A program made the translations under genes and the position numbers. A DNA stretch of 45,782 nucleotides, taken from positions 1-45,782 of the IMG/VR virus record IMGVR_UViG_3300038313_000365. One strand, given 5' to 3'. Under the pieces are notes generated by a model, which was given only the letters and a program-made list of their open reading frames with translations, was not told the DNA's origin and made no database searches. This document shows, in pieces, positions 1 to 9,372 of the stretch (positions are counted from its first letter, which is position 1; each line of letters begins with the position of its first letter). Source of the DNA: a virus (lineage: Duplodnaviria > Caudoviricetes).

Positions 1-948
1 TTAATTTGTTTTGTTTTAAGTAATCGTTTATGTCTCATGTTTATTTTTTGTTTTGTGTGAAACACACAGAATTGGTGTTTAAAACCTAATTTTCGTATGG
101 GTTGACGATATTCATGTTTCAAATCAGTTACAATATATTTACGATCTTGATTGTAAGTAGATTCGCTTAAAAACTTGTAAAATACTTTTTTCTGACTCAG
201 AAGAGGCTAAATCATAGGAATACAATAGTATTACTTTGTAGGTCGAATAAGGCCAAAAGATAATTCCATGTGCTGTTAATTTTAACCCACAAAGCATCAA
301 ATAAGTAATAACCCGAAAGACTATAAAAACCATTATTAAAATCATATTCAAAGCCTAATAAAATGTTTTCAACACTTTGATAAGAAATATCCACATTATG
401 GATTTCTTTTAACCTGTGCATGATTTTACGAATACTATCACCACCAATACTATAGGATTTAAGGATAAAATCAATTACTGGCTTAGTAATATTCCGATTA
501 ACCTCAACTATGGAGGATAAATCAGCATTAAATACATTACCACAATTTTTACATTTATACTTTTGAACAATACAAGTTTCAGTTCCTTTATTCAAAAATA
601 TTAATTCACGTTCTATTTTACCATTTTTACGACTATGGTTAGACCCACACACTGGACAAACAGCATTACTATTGCTAAATATTATCTTACCATTTTTTTC
701 AAGACGAATCAAATTAGGACTCATCTCTTGACATCCAATCAACTTTTTAGACACATCAGATCTAAAACCAGAAAACTCTTCACAAAAATCGTAAAGTTTA
801 AATTGTATTGGTTCCATAGTATATATTAGCTCCACTTAATATATTAAATTTACTATTTCTAAATCAAAAATAAAACAATTTTAAAGCTTAAAAAAAGTAT
901 AAGCCAAAACTTTCAAAAAATCAAAACACATAAGTTTTTGACAGAGCC
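1..948 (-). mobile_element. Decayed insertion sequence with DDE transposase pseudogene (IS6/ISNCY-like, family uncertain), cut by the window edge
   Basis: ORF 835->212 has zinc-ribbon CPVC/CKNC and FDALWVK. The protein continues in other frames (SYDLASSESEKS; KYIVTDLKHEY...HQFCVFH at 140->1), so there are at least two frameshifts. Terminal sequence GGCTCTGTCAAAAACTTA on the minus strand at 948-931. Confidence 0.8.
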
Positions 949-1136
949 TATAATTTTCTATTTGATTCTAAATATGAGAGTATAATATATTTAAATTAAT
1001 ATATAGGTTAAGTTTTTTTTCTTTTAATTTATTCACTTTTTTTTTGAAAATTAATTTTTTTAAATGACTTACATATACTAGTGTGTGAGTTTCTAAGAAT
1101 TTTATTTTTAGAAATTTGAAATTTAATTGTGGAGGT

Positions 1137-1150
1137 TAAAAGTTTATATA
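1137..1150 (+). promoter_or_regulatory. Putative archaeal BRE/TATA promoter
   Basis: TAAAAG-TTTATATA matches the methanogen BRE+TATA consensus, but the region is very AT-rich and the next ORF is about 420 bp away. Confidence 0.35.
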
Positions 1151-1572
1151 ATAAATTTTTTTTTAAAATGTGATTGTAAAAATTAAGGGTTGTGAAGTTT
1201 TTATTAAATATTTATTTAAGGATTTAATCTAGTATTATTCTTATCTTGCAGTTAATTTTTATATGTTTATGTGTTAAGGAGAACACTCTTAATATTTTTT
1301 TTGTTTAGGGGTGTTTGTGTTTTTCTGGTTTTACTTAATCAGTTTTAGATTAAAGTAAATTTCCAGGGATTCTTAATACATATTTTTCCAGTTAAAAAAA
1401 GATTAATTATTTTAAAAGGTGTATATTTGATATTTGTGGATTATACTTTAATAAATAAGATTTAACCTTTAATTAGGGGAAAGTTTAATAATGAAAACTA
1501 TTTATTAGCACTTGGAATTTATACGAAAATTAAATAATGTAAATTGAGGTTTAGAAGAAACTAGATTAAGTT

Positions 1573-1839
1573 ATGAATTTTAGAAAAATACAGCAAATAA
1601 TTAGAAATAATGCAGATTATGAAATGATGAATTATTATCTTAAATCAGTAGAATATAAATTACCTTTATGTGACTTTATAATTGATAAAGATACTATTAA
1701 TATGATGATTTTTCGTGATGTTAATGGTGTTACCTTATTTAAAAGTGGTTTTATGGTAATACATTCACCATTTAGGATGGTTGATAGTGTAAACATTGAT
1801 TTTATAGATATTGAAACATTTAATATTGAAGTGAAATAG
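1573..1839 (+). CDS. Hypothetical protein (88 aa)
   Basis: ATG ORF whose TAG stop overlaps the GTG start of the next gene, suggesting translational coupling. Confidence 0.65.
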   Translation: MNFRKIQQIIRNNADYEMMNYYLKSVEYKLPLCDFIIDKDTINMMIFRDVNGVTLFKSGFMVIHSPFRMVDSVNIDFIDIETFNIEVK

Positions 1840-2204
1840 TGACAGTTAAAACAACACCAGCACAAGAGTGGAGATTAGCACAGAAAATCCGTTTAGCAAG
1901 TGTAATAGCTAGTAGATCTGGTTTAGTTGGGGAGGATAGGGAGTGTCTTAATTATTTAGTTAGGAATTTTCCTAATTTCCATAAGATTTGTGCTAATTGT
2001 AGTAATGAGCAAATTATTTGTGCATTTGCCTTTTATATTATGAAAACACGTGATACTAGGTTACAAATTGAGAACTATACAGTATTTAGAGAGTGTGATT
2101 TAACTGATAAGGTTTATTTAACTATTATAACTCGTTTATGTAATTATTATCAGAAGAATCAACCATTAAAAAAGGGAAAAACCAATTATTATGATGGAAT
2201 CTAA
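1839..2204 (+). CDS. Putative TFB/cyclin-fold-like regulatory protein
   Basis: Helical 121-aa protein; IRLASVIASRSGL...SNEQIICAFAFYIMK resembles a TFIIB cyclin repeat. It overlaps a TFIIB zinc-ribbon gene. Confidence 0.45.
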   Translation: MTVKTTPAQEWRLAQKIRLASVIASRSGLVGEDRECLNYLVRNFPNFHKICANCSNEQIICAFAFYIMKTRDTRLQIENYTVFRECDLTDKVYLTIITRLCNYYQKNQPLKKGKTNYYDGI

Positions 2205-2364
2205 AAATTTTAATTTGAAAATCTGTCCTGAATGTAAAAGTTTAGATTTGGAGGAGTATAAAGGTGAAACTATTTGTAAAACTTGTGGATTAGTATTAAC
2301 TGGTTCAAATGATTATGTGGGAGGTGTGAAAATAGATTATCCTTATGGTTTAAGTATTAAATAA
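2191..2364 (+). CDS. TFIIB-type zinc ribbon protein (57 aa, not in ORF track)
   Basis: Hand translation: MMESKNFNLKICPECKSLDLEEYKGETICKTCGLVLTGSNDYVGGVKIDYPYGLSIK*. CPEC...GETICxxCGLVL is the TFIIB zinc ribbon pattern. Confidence 0.85.
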   Translation: MMESKNFNLKICPECKSLDLEEYKGETICKTCGLVLTGSNDYVGGVKIDYPYGLSIK

Positions 2365-2477
2365 TGGAATAATAGTTTTCAACCATTTTTTCCTTATGCG
2401 GCTGTGTAGTACATATAATATGAGGGTTAAGAAAAACTTTATTTTTAAATTAAGTATATTCTTCCCTTGTGAACTTT

Positions 2478-2491
2478 TTTTTATATATAAA
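2478..2491 (+). promoter_or_regulatory. Putative TATA box of the morphogenesis operon
   Basis: TTTATATATAAA upstream of GGAGG (2506-2510) and a long co-oriented gene run. Confidence 0.45.
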
Positions 2492-2517
2492 ATTTTTATT
2501 TTTATGGAGGTTTTTAA

Positions 2518-2751
2518 ATTAGCAGAATAAATAAAAATAATTTTACAACAGTTTTTAATGGGGTTTTACTTGCAATTTTTTCTTATTTAGGTATAAGTCA
2601 AGTTAATAGTGATTTAATTATCCAAGTTTTAGCTCCAGTAATAAGTATTTTAATAGCTTATTTAATGAGTTATTTTAATGAGAAATACCCATCTAGTTGG
2701 GTTACAAGTGTGAATTTGGATGAATCTACTGATTTTGATGAAGGTTTATGA
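2518..2751 (+). CDS. Small two-TM holin-like protein (about 77 aa, non-canonical ATT start; not in ORF track)
   Basis: Open frame (I/M)SRINKNNFTTVFNGVLLAIFSYLGI...LIIQVLAPVISILIAYLMSYFNEKYP...DEGL*. GGAGG lies 7 nt before the ATT, and the TGA stop overlaps the next ATG (ATGA). Confidence 0.6.
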   Translation: MSRINKNNFTTVFNGVLLAIFSYLGISQVNSDLIIQVLAPVISILIAYLMSYFNEKYPSSWVTSVNLDESTDFDEGL

Positions 2752-3230
2752 ATAATAAGGCAAGATTATATAAGATTGGTTCTAAGATTTATAAGGATAA
2801 TAATTATAAGGAAATCTTATGGTTATGTGGATTTGTTAAAACCAGTTTAAGTAATGCCCTATTTGTTATTGGTATTACATTAATTTTTAATGGTTTAAGT
2901 AATCATCCCCATTTTAAAGGTAATCCTAGTAATAGTATAGTTTTCGGTATTTTAAGTTTCATTTTAGGTTTAATTGTAATTTACATTATTGATAAGAAAA
3001 GGGAAACTTTAAAGAAGATTGAGTATGGTCGAAATGATGAGAATATTGATTTGAAGATTTATTATTCTCAATTAGAGCATGAATCTGAAATTGAGGATTT
3101 AATTAAACATACTGCAGAGGAGCGTGTTGAATATGCAATGAAAAGGGAGCTTCGAAAGATTCGTTTGAATAATGATAAGTATAAGGATAGTGAAGTTTTA
3201 AGTCAATGGGAAAAAGATGTTTTAGAATAA
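2748..3230 (+). CDS. Membrane protein (two TM helices plus charged C-terminus), possible lysis accessory
   Basis: Hydrophobic stretches ALFVIGITLIF and IVFGILSFILGLIVIYII; coupled to the upstream gene. Confidence 0.6.
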   Translation: MNNKARLYKIGSKIYKDNNYKEILWLCGFVKTSLSNALFVIGITLIFNGLSNHPHFKGNPSNSIVFGILSFILGLIVIYIIDKKRETLKKIEYGRNDENIDLKIYYSQLEHESEIEDLIKHTAEERVEYAMKRELRKIRLNNDKYKDSEVLSQWEKDVLE

Positions 3231-3255
3231 GTAAATTGTAGGGGAGGTTTTAATT

Positions 3256-3663
3256 ATGAATAAAAGGTTTAATAAGGAATTGTGTGATGAAATAGTCCAT
3301 CTATATTCTACAGGTTTACCTATTAAAACTATTGCGGACTTGTTAGGTATTAATCGTCAAACAATTTATCGGTGGCGTAAGAAGGGTGAGAAGGAAGGTG
3401 AAGGTGAATATTATGATTTTGATATGAGTATGAAGAAGGCTCATGCAAAGAATATTCTTTTTCATTTAAAAAAGTTGAATAGGTCAAATAAGGATAATAC
3501 TCATAAGTTTTTATTAGAGGTTTCAGATCCTGAAACTTATAATTTATCTAATAAAATTGAACATTCTGGGGAATTAAATATTAAAGAAAATGTTAAATTA
3601 GATAGTGATTTAATAGATCGGATTATCTCTGAGAAGAAGGCTAATTATCCAGAATTAAATTAA
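3256..3663 (+). CDS. terS: Terminase small subunit (HTH)
   Basis: HTH motif IKTIADLLGINRQTIYRW, C-terminal KIEHSGEL motif, GGAGGT RBS, and position directly upstream of TerL. Confidence 0.8.
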   Translation: MNKRFNKELCDEIVHLYSTGLPIKTIADLLGINRQTIYRWRKKGEKEGEGEYYDFDMSMKKAHAKNILFHLKKLNRSNKDNTHKFLLEVSDPETYNLSNKIEHSGELNIKENVKLDSDLIDRIISEKKANYPELN

Positions 3664-3668
3664 AAATT

Positions 3669-5045
3669 ATGGTTGTAGAGGATATTGAAAGGATAAGAAC
3701 AGATTTATATAGTTTTTATAAGTATTATGTTGCAAGTACTTTTAAGGAGAATTTGCATGCTAGACATATTGATGTTTTATCTGCTAAATTATTAGAACTT
3801 TATAGGGGGGATTTTCATCGATTGTGTGTTGCGATGCCTCCCCGTCATAGTAAGTCTTCACTTGTTACTGAAGCGTTTCCTTTATGGTTAATTTTCCATG
3901 ATCCTTCTTTAAATATTTTGATTGTGAATAATAGTGCTGCTTTATCTGAAAAGTTCGGTATTGCTCTTAGGGAGTTAGTTAAAAAGTATGGTTATGAGTT
4001 TAATCTCTTATTATCTGAGGTTAAATCTGCTAGTACTTATTTAATGTTTACTGATTTGAAAGGTGAATTATACCCTGGGAGTATACGTTTGGTTGGTGCT
4101 GGTGGTTCTATTACTGGTCAGGATGTTGATATGCTTATTATTGATGATCCTTATGAAGGTTTTAATGATATTACACCAGGTCTTTTAGAAAAGAAGATTG
4201 TTTGGTTTAAAACCATTATTGAGCAACGTATTGAACCTCATACTCGTCTAATACTCCTACATACTCGTTGGAATAGTAATGATTTACAAGGTTATTTAAT
4301 GGAGAATGAAGCTGAGGATTATGAATTTATTAGTTTTCCTGCATTATATCCTGATGGTGAACCTTTATGGCCTGAACGTTACACTAAAAGTGAATTGTTA
4401 AAGAAGAAGGAATCTTTAGGTGAAAGACTCTTTAATGCAATTTATCAGCAGAAACCATTAGATGATACTGGTGACTTTTTTAATTTAAGTAAAATCAAAT
4501 GGGGCTTACCCCAAGAGGGTTCTAGTATTTTAGACACTTGTAGGGCTTGGGATATAGCATCAGCAACTAATAATTCAAACGATTACACTGTAGGTGTTAA
4601 AATCATTAAAACCCTAAATGGTGACTATATTGTATCAGATATTGTAAGGGGGAAGTTTGGTGATGAAAATAAGAGGATTATCCAAAAAACTGCTAGAATT
4701 GATACTGTTAATACTGTTATAGTTATTGAGACTGGTGTTGCTGCTGCAGGTAAATTATTATTCCAAGAATGGGAAGAACAGTTACCAGGTTTTATACTAG
4801 AGCAAGCTATACCTATCCATAGTAAAGTTGATAGGGCAACACCTTTTAAAAATGCAATTCTTGATGCTAAAGTCTATTTTAATATTAGTGATAGCCTAGT
4901 TAGGGATGCAATTTTAGGAGAGTTTAAAAGTTTTCCTGAAGGAAAACATGATGATATTGTGGATGCTGCATCCTATGCTTATAATTATTTAGCACATGAT
5001 GAGGAAAATGATTACACACCTGGTTTTAAGGTGATAAAATTATAA
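3669..5045 (+). CDS. terL: Terminase large subunit
   Basis: Walker A MPPRHSKS, Walker B LIIDDP, coupling motif HTRW, nuclease motifs AWDIA and FPEGKHDDIVDA. Confidence 0.95.
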   Translation: MVVEDIERIRTDLYSFYKYYVASTFKENLHARHIDVLSAKLLELYRGDFHRLCVAMPPRHSKSSLVTEAFPLWLIFHDPSLNILIVNNSAALSEKFGIALRELVKKYGYEFNLLLSEVKSASTYLMFTDLKGELYPGSIRLVGAGGSITGQDVDMLIIDDPYEGFNDITPGLLEKKIVWFKTIIEQRIEPHTRLILLHTRWNSNDLQGYLMENEAEDYEFISFPALYPDGEPLWPERYTKSELLKKKESLGERLFNAIYQQKPLDDTGDFFNLSKIKWGLPQEGSSILDTCRAWDIASATNNSNDYTVGVKIIKTLNGDYIVSDIVRGKFGDENKRIIQKTARIDTVNTVIVIETGVAAAGKLLFQEWEEQLPGFILEQAIPIHSKVDRATPFKNAILDAKVYFNISDSLVRDAILGEFKSFPEGKHDDIVDAASYAYNYLAHDEENDYTPGFKVIKL

Positions 5046-5085
5046 AATAAATGAACAAGTAAAAGGGGGAGGTTTTTGATAATTT

Positions 5086-6261
5086 ATTAGTTTTTTAAAC
5101 AAAATATTTAACCGGATAAGTAAAAGTTTACCAGTAAGGGATAAGCCTCCAAAATCTATAAGTGAAAAGTATTTGAATGATTATGGATGGTTATTTCGTC
5201 CAAGAAACAAGAATATTGGAGTAGGATGGCAAACCTACTATCAAGCAATGAGTAATGTTTGGGTTAATGCTTGTATTCAAACATATATTGATGAGATTAT
5301 AAATTTAGGATTCACTATTTATAATCCAGATTTAGAAGAGCAAAACACTAATCACACTAATTATTTGAAAGATTTATTTAACTATCCTATGGGTAGGAAA
5401 TCTTTTGATACTTATGCATTGTTTCAAACCGTAATGTGGAAATCATATCTTGGTTTAGGTGATGCTTTCTGTGAAGTAATATATGATAAAGAATTTACAA
5501 GTTTACCTGTAGGTTTAAAACATATCCCCACTGAATGGATGCAATACTACCTAGATACTTGTCAGTGGGGTTTTAAGGGTTCTAATCAACGTTTTGAAAA
5601 TGATGAAATCATACATATTAAAGATCCAAGTGTTACAGGTAATGTTTGGGGTGAATCTAAAATTGATGTTATAGCTAAAGATTTAACTATGGATATTTTA
5701 GGTCAAGATCATACACTTAGCATACTTGAAAATGATGGTTTAGACCCTTCTGGTGTTATTGAGTATGATAAGGATATTAAACCTCAAATTTGGGAGCGTG
5801 AACTTAAAAGATTAGAAGCTGAAGTTGAAAATCATGGAAAAGGCACAATCATCTTAAAAGGTGCTAAATATAACCGGGCAGGTGTAAGTAACCGGGATAT
5901 GGAGTATAGTACTATGATGAATAATATAAGAGATCGTATTATTGCAACTTATGGTGTTCCCCCTGCTAAGGTGTCAATTATTGAAACTGCAAATCTTGGT
6001 TCAGGTTCAATTTCAACTCAGGATAAACAATTCAAAAAGGAATTAAAAGGTAAAAGTAAGAATTTTGAGGATGCTTTCACACGTGTTATAAGTCATGGGG
6101 AATTTGAGGAGGTTTTCCAGTATAATGATTTAGATATTGAGGATAAATTACAAAGAGCACAAATTGAGGATATACAAATTAAGAATGCAAGTCTAACAAT
6201 TAATGAAGTGAGAAATAGTTATGGTAAAAACCCTGTAGTTTGGGGTGATAAACCATTATAA
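5086..6261 (+). CDS. Portal protein (HK97-like); frame open from ATT 5086, first TTG at 5173
   Basis: Follows TerL; portal motifs GDAFCEV, EIIHIK, IIATYGVPPAKV and LTINEVR. Confidence 0.9.
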   Translation: MSFLNKIFNRISKSLPVRDKPPKSISEKYLNDYGWLFRPRNKNIGVGWQTYYQAMSNVWVNACIQTYIDEIINLGFTIYNPDLEEQNTNHTNYLKDLFNYPMGRKSFDTYALFQTVMWKSYLGLGDAFCEVIYDKEFTSLPVGLKHIPTEWMQYYLDTCQWGFKGSNQRFENDEIIHIKDPSVTGNVWGESKIDVIAKDLTMDILGQDHTLSILENDGLDPSGVIEYDKDIKPQIWERELKRLEAEVENHGKGTIILKGAKYNRAGVSNRDMEYSTMMNNIRDRIIATYGVPPAKVSIIETANLGSGSISTQDKQFKKELKGKSKNFEDAFTRVISHGEFEEVFQYNDLDIEDKLQRAQIEDIQIKNASLTINEVRNSYGKNPVVWGDKPL

Positions 6262-6298
6262 AAAATTAAGTAGTGGAGGTTTTAGTAAAAAGTTAATT

Positions 6299-7468
6299 AT
6301 GATTAAGGATAAAAAATTTAAAATCACTTCACCTTTAACTAAATCTTTAGTTGAAAAGGTGAAATTTGAGAAAAATGGTTCACTAATACTTGAAGGAGTG
6401 GCTAGTACGAATAATCCTGATTTAGAAGGGGATATTATAAGTCGTGACTGTATTAGTAGTATGAAAAAACAGGCAGAAACTTTAAACATTCACGCAGACC
6501 ACCTTTATGATATAGGGGATGTTATTGGTAATATTTTAAGTGTTGTTGAAACAGATGATAGTCTTTTAATGATAAATTTCAATATTATCCCCTCATATGC
6601 TGTTAAAGTTAAGGAACTTTTAGATGCAGGTGTGAAATTAGGTTTAAGTATAGGTGGAGTAATCACTAATTTTATGGATAATTATAATGATGATGGTGAT
6701 TATATTGGATGGATAATTTATGAGATTAAATTATTAGAAATCAGTCTAACACCTGTTCCTGCAAATTGGGATACTTATGGTACAGTTAAACCTAGTAATG
6801 TGGATTTTGTTGAAAGTAAATGTTTACAGGGAGCTTGTAAATTAATACGTAAAAATCTTGAAAATGAGGATAATAATAGAATGGAAGATGAAGGTAAATC
6901 ATTAAGTAAAAAAGATTTAAAGAATGTTTTATGTGAAACATTTAAAGAATTTAAATCAGAGAATGAGAATATAAGTAAAGATGAAGTTTTAGAATTAATT
7001 AAGGATTCTAAATTAGAATTAAGTAAAACTTTAAATGAAAATTTAAATAAGGAATTAGATTCATTTAAAAGTTTAGAATATGAGAATATAGAAAAAACTT
7101 TTGAAAATAAAAATTTAGAATTAGAAGAATATAAAAAGAACTTAAAAGAGGATTTAGATAATAAATTTTCTACAAGTTATGAAACTGAAGAGTTCAATAC
7201 TTATATTCAAGAATCCTTAGATGGTTTTAAGGAGGATATCTTTAAAGAGGTCTATAGTAGGGTGGAAGGTGAAATCCTAAAAAACCTAAGTAATACTAGA
7301 AGACCAGAATCTAGTTTTAAAGTGGAAAATTATGATGATTCTCATAAGGTTGGGAATTTTAATCAGAGAGTGATGAATATTAAGGATATTACAAATGAAG
7401 TTTTTCAGGAGAAATCTAATAGTAATCCTTTCCAAAGAGTTTATAAGGAAATCCAAAAAACAGAATAA
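6299..7468 (+). CDS. HK97-type prohead protease with C-terminal coiled-coil scaffold region
   Basis: LEGVAST, DLEGDII, HADH, GLSIGG and LLEISLTPVPAN motifs; acidic helical C-terminal half. ATG 6299 preferred over GTG 6245. Confidence 0.9.
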   Translation: MIKDKKFKITSPLTKSLVEKVKFEKNGSLILEGVASTNNPDLEGDIISRDCISSMKKQAETLNIHADHLYDIGDVIGNILSVVETDDSLLMINFNIIPSYAVKVKELLDAGVKLGLSIGGVITNFMDNYNDDGDYIGWIIYEIKLLEISLTPVPANWDTYGTVKPSNVDFVESKCLQGACKLIRKNLENEDNNRMEDEGKSLSKKDLKNVLCETFKEFKSENENISKDEVLELIKDSKLELSKTLNENLNKELDSFKSLEYENIEKTFENKNLELEEYKKNLKEDLDNKFSTSYETEEFNTYIQESLDGFKEDIFKEVYSRVEGEILKNLSNTRRPESSFKVENYDDSHKVGNFNQRVMNIKDITNEVFQEKSNSNPFQRVYKEIQKTE

Positions 7469-7490
7469 ATTTAATATATGGATTTAAGTT

Positions 7491-8450
7491 ATGTCAAGTT
7501 TAGAAGAATTAAAAACAAATTTCGCAAGTAAAGAAGAGATAAGACAGTTAGCAAAGGCAATGGCTACTACTAGCACTGCTAATGATATGATAACTGTAGA
7601 ATATGATCCGGAATTACAGAAAAAAGTATTTCATAAAGCACCATTTCTTGCATATTTAGAGCAGAATGGTTTAGTTAAGTCTGCAGAATCATATGAAGTT
7701 GGTTATAAGGTTAAGGAGCAGAAAACCTCTGCATCATTTATAAGTGAAGGTGCAGATATTCCAGCACATGACCCTGCAGGTTTTAAAGCTGAAATAGCTA
7801 AAATGAAAACACTTGTTTATCCAATTGAAATGAGTGACCTCCTACAAGCAGGTATGCCTGATTATGATATTTTCACTGATGAGGTTCAAGATGGATTTTT
7901 GGATATGAGTCAAACCAAAGACATCACCCTTTTACAGGGGAATGAGACTAGTAATAGTAATGAATTTACAGGATTTTTTAACACAATACCTTCAGAATCT
8001 ACTACTAATATGAAAGGTGAGAATATTAGTTTAGATGCTATTGATATTGCAGCTCAAACTGTAATTGATAATGGAGGTAATCCTTCAGCAATTATTACAA
8101 CTGCAAGTGTTGGTAGGCAAATAAATAAAATTTTAAGTGATAAGTATAGGTATTTGGAGAAGTTAGAATTAACTTTTGGTGTTCGTGCAACTGCATATAA
8201 TGCACCTGATGGTAATCAAATCCCAATCATTATAGATCCTAACATTAATACTAGTGTTAATGGTGAGCAATTAGCATTTATTGATAATGATACTGTGCGT
8301 ATGAGAGAGTTAGCACCTATTAGTTTAATTGATCTTGCAAAAACTAAATTAAGTACAAGTAAAGTATTATTCACTTGGTTTACTTTTTATAATCGTGCAG
8401 GGTATAAGAATGGTTATATTAAAAATATTGGTTCTGATATAACTCCCTGA
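7491..8450 (+). CDS. Major capsid protein (HK97 fold)
   Basis: Position after the protease; FISEGADIP, LLQGN...EFTGF and GNQIPIIIDP motifs typical of HK97-fold capsids. Confidence 0.9.
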   Translation: MSSLEELKTNFASKEEIRQLAKAMATTSTANDMITVEYDPELQKKVFHKAPFLAYLEQNGLVKSAESYEVGYKVKEQKTSASFISEGADIPAHDPAGFKAEIAKMKTLVYPIEMSDLLQAGMPDYDIFTDEVQDGFLDMSQTKDITLLQGNETSNSNEFTGFFNTIPSESTTNMKGENISLDAIDIAAQTVIDNGGNPSAIITTASVGRQINKILSDKYRYLEKLELTFGVRATAYNAPDGNQIPIIIDPNINTSVNGEQLAFIDNDTVRMRELAPISLIDLAKTKLSTSKVLFTWFTFYNRAGYKNGYIKNIGSDITP

Positions 8451-8742
8451 TGCGGATAATGGTGCTGAGAGTAAAAGCACGGTAAATATTACAGTTAAAG
8501 ATAATAATGATTTAGCAGTTGCAGGAGTTAAAGTATTATTAACAAATACAAGTGATTCAAATAAGACTTATAATTCAATTTTAACTGGTTCTCAAGGTGG
8601 ATGCACTATTAGTAATGTTGAGTATGGTACTTATAAGGTTACACTTCCAGTCATACCAGAAACCTTTACTGCAGCTACTTATGATGATTTAATAGTGGAT
8701 AGTGAAAGTGAAGTTTTAAATTTAAATCTAGTTAAAACCTAA
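8446..8742 (+). CDS. Ig-like/CnaB-type domain with no start codon, predicted C-terminal extension of the capsid via +1 frameshift
   Basis: 98-codon open +1 frame starting inside CCC-TGA: PDADNGAESKSTVNITVKDNNDLAVAGVKVLLTN...TGSQGGCTISNVEYGTYKVT...LNLVKT*. Confidence 0.75.
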   Translation, partial: PDADNGAESKSTVNITVKDNNDLAVAGVKVLLTNTSDSNKTYNSILTGSQGGCTISNVEYGTYKVTLPVIPETFTAATYDDLIVDSESEVLNLNLVKT

Positions 8743-8781
8743 AAAATTTAAATAAACAAAGTTATGGGGGGGTGAATTTAA

Positions 8782-9336
8782 TTGGATTTAAAACTTTTAA
8801 AGGAATATTTAAAATCCTATGGACTAATAATTTCTATTAATGATACTGAATTAGAATCATTATATAATTTAGAAATTAAAATCTTAGAAGGTGAAAGTGG
8901 AGTATCATTAAGTGAGAAAACACATAAAATCACTGATATAGATAATAAGAAATTCAATCAAGTAAATTACCTATTACCAGATTATCCAGTTAAACAATTA
9001 ATTAGTATAAAAATTGATAATCAAAGTTTAGGTAGTGAGGATTACCTCCTTGATTCTGGTAATGGTATTATTCATTGGAGGCGAGTTTTAAGTGGTAATG
9101 TGCTTGAAATCATTTATACATCCATTTTAGATGAATCCTTAATGAAATTATGTGAATCAATAATTTATGATCGGATACTTTATAATTTAGGAGATAAAAG
9201 TGATATGATAAGTTCCATTAAAGAGGGAGATTTAAGTTTAACTTATAATAATACTAATAGTACAAGTTTACGTTTAAAAAGTAATTATGATTTATTAATT
9301 AATCAATTAAATAATGGTCGAATAAGATTAGTATAA
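8782..9336 (+). CDS. Head-tail connector/adaptor protein
   Basis: Position after the capsid; ISSIKEGDLSLTY motif typical of adaptors; GGGGTGA RBS with TTG start. Confidence 0.75.
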   Translation: MDLKLLKEYLKSYGLIISINDTELESLYNLEIKILEGESGVSLSEKTHKITDIDNKKFNQVNYLLPDYPVKQLISIKIDNQSLGSEDYLLDSGNGIIHWRRVLSGNVLEIIYTSILDESLMKLCESIIYDRILYNLGDKSDMISSIKEGDLSLTYNNTNSTSLRLKSNYDLLINQLNNGRIRLV

Positions 9337-9372
9337 TAAAATAAAAAAAATATTCTGGGAGGGTTTAGTTTT

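Noticed and set aside
931-948. attL/attR pair with 45529-45546
   Set aside because: Both copies sit at transposase ends and read GGC(T/A)CTGTCA on the other strand, like IS terminal repeats; no integrase or tRNA target is visible.
949-1572. tRNA or other RNA gene at the left boundary
   Set aside because: No cloverleaf or GC-rich structured segment; only weak AT-rich hairpins.
8448-8459. UGA readthrough or selenocysteine insertion at the capsid stop
   Set aside because: The zero frame continues TGC GGA TAA, so readthrough adds almost nothing; the long frame is +1.
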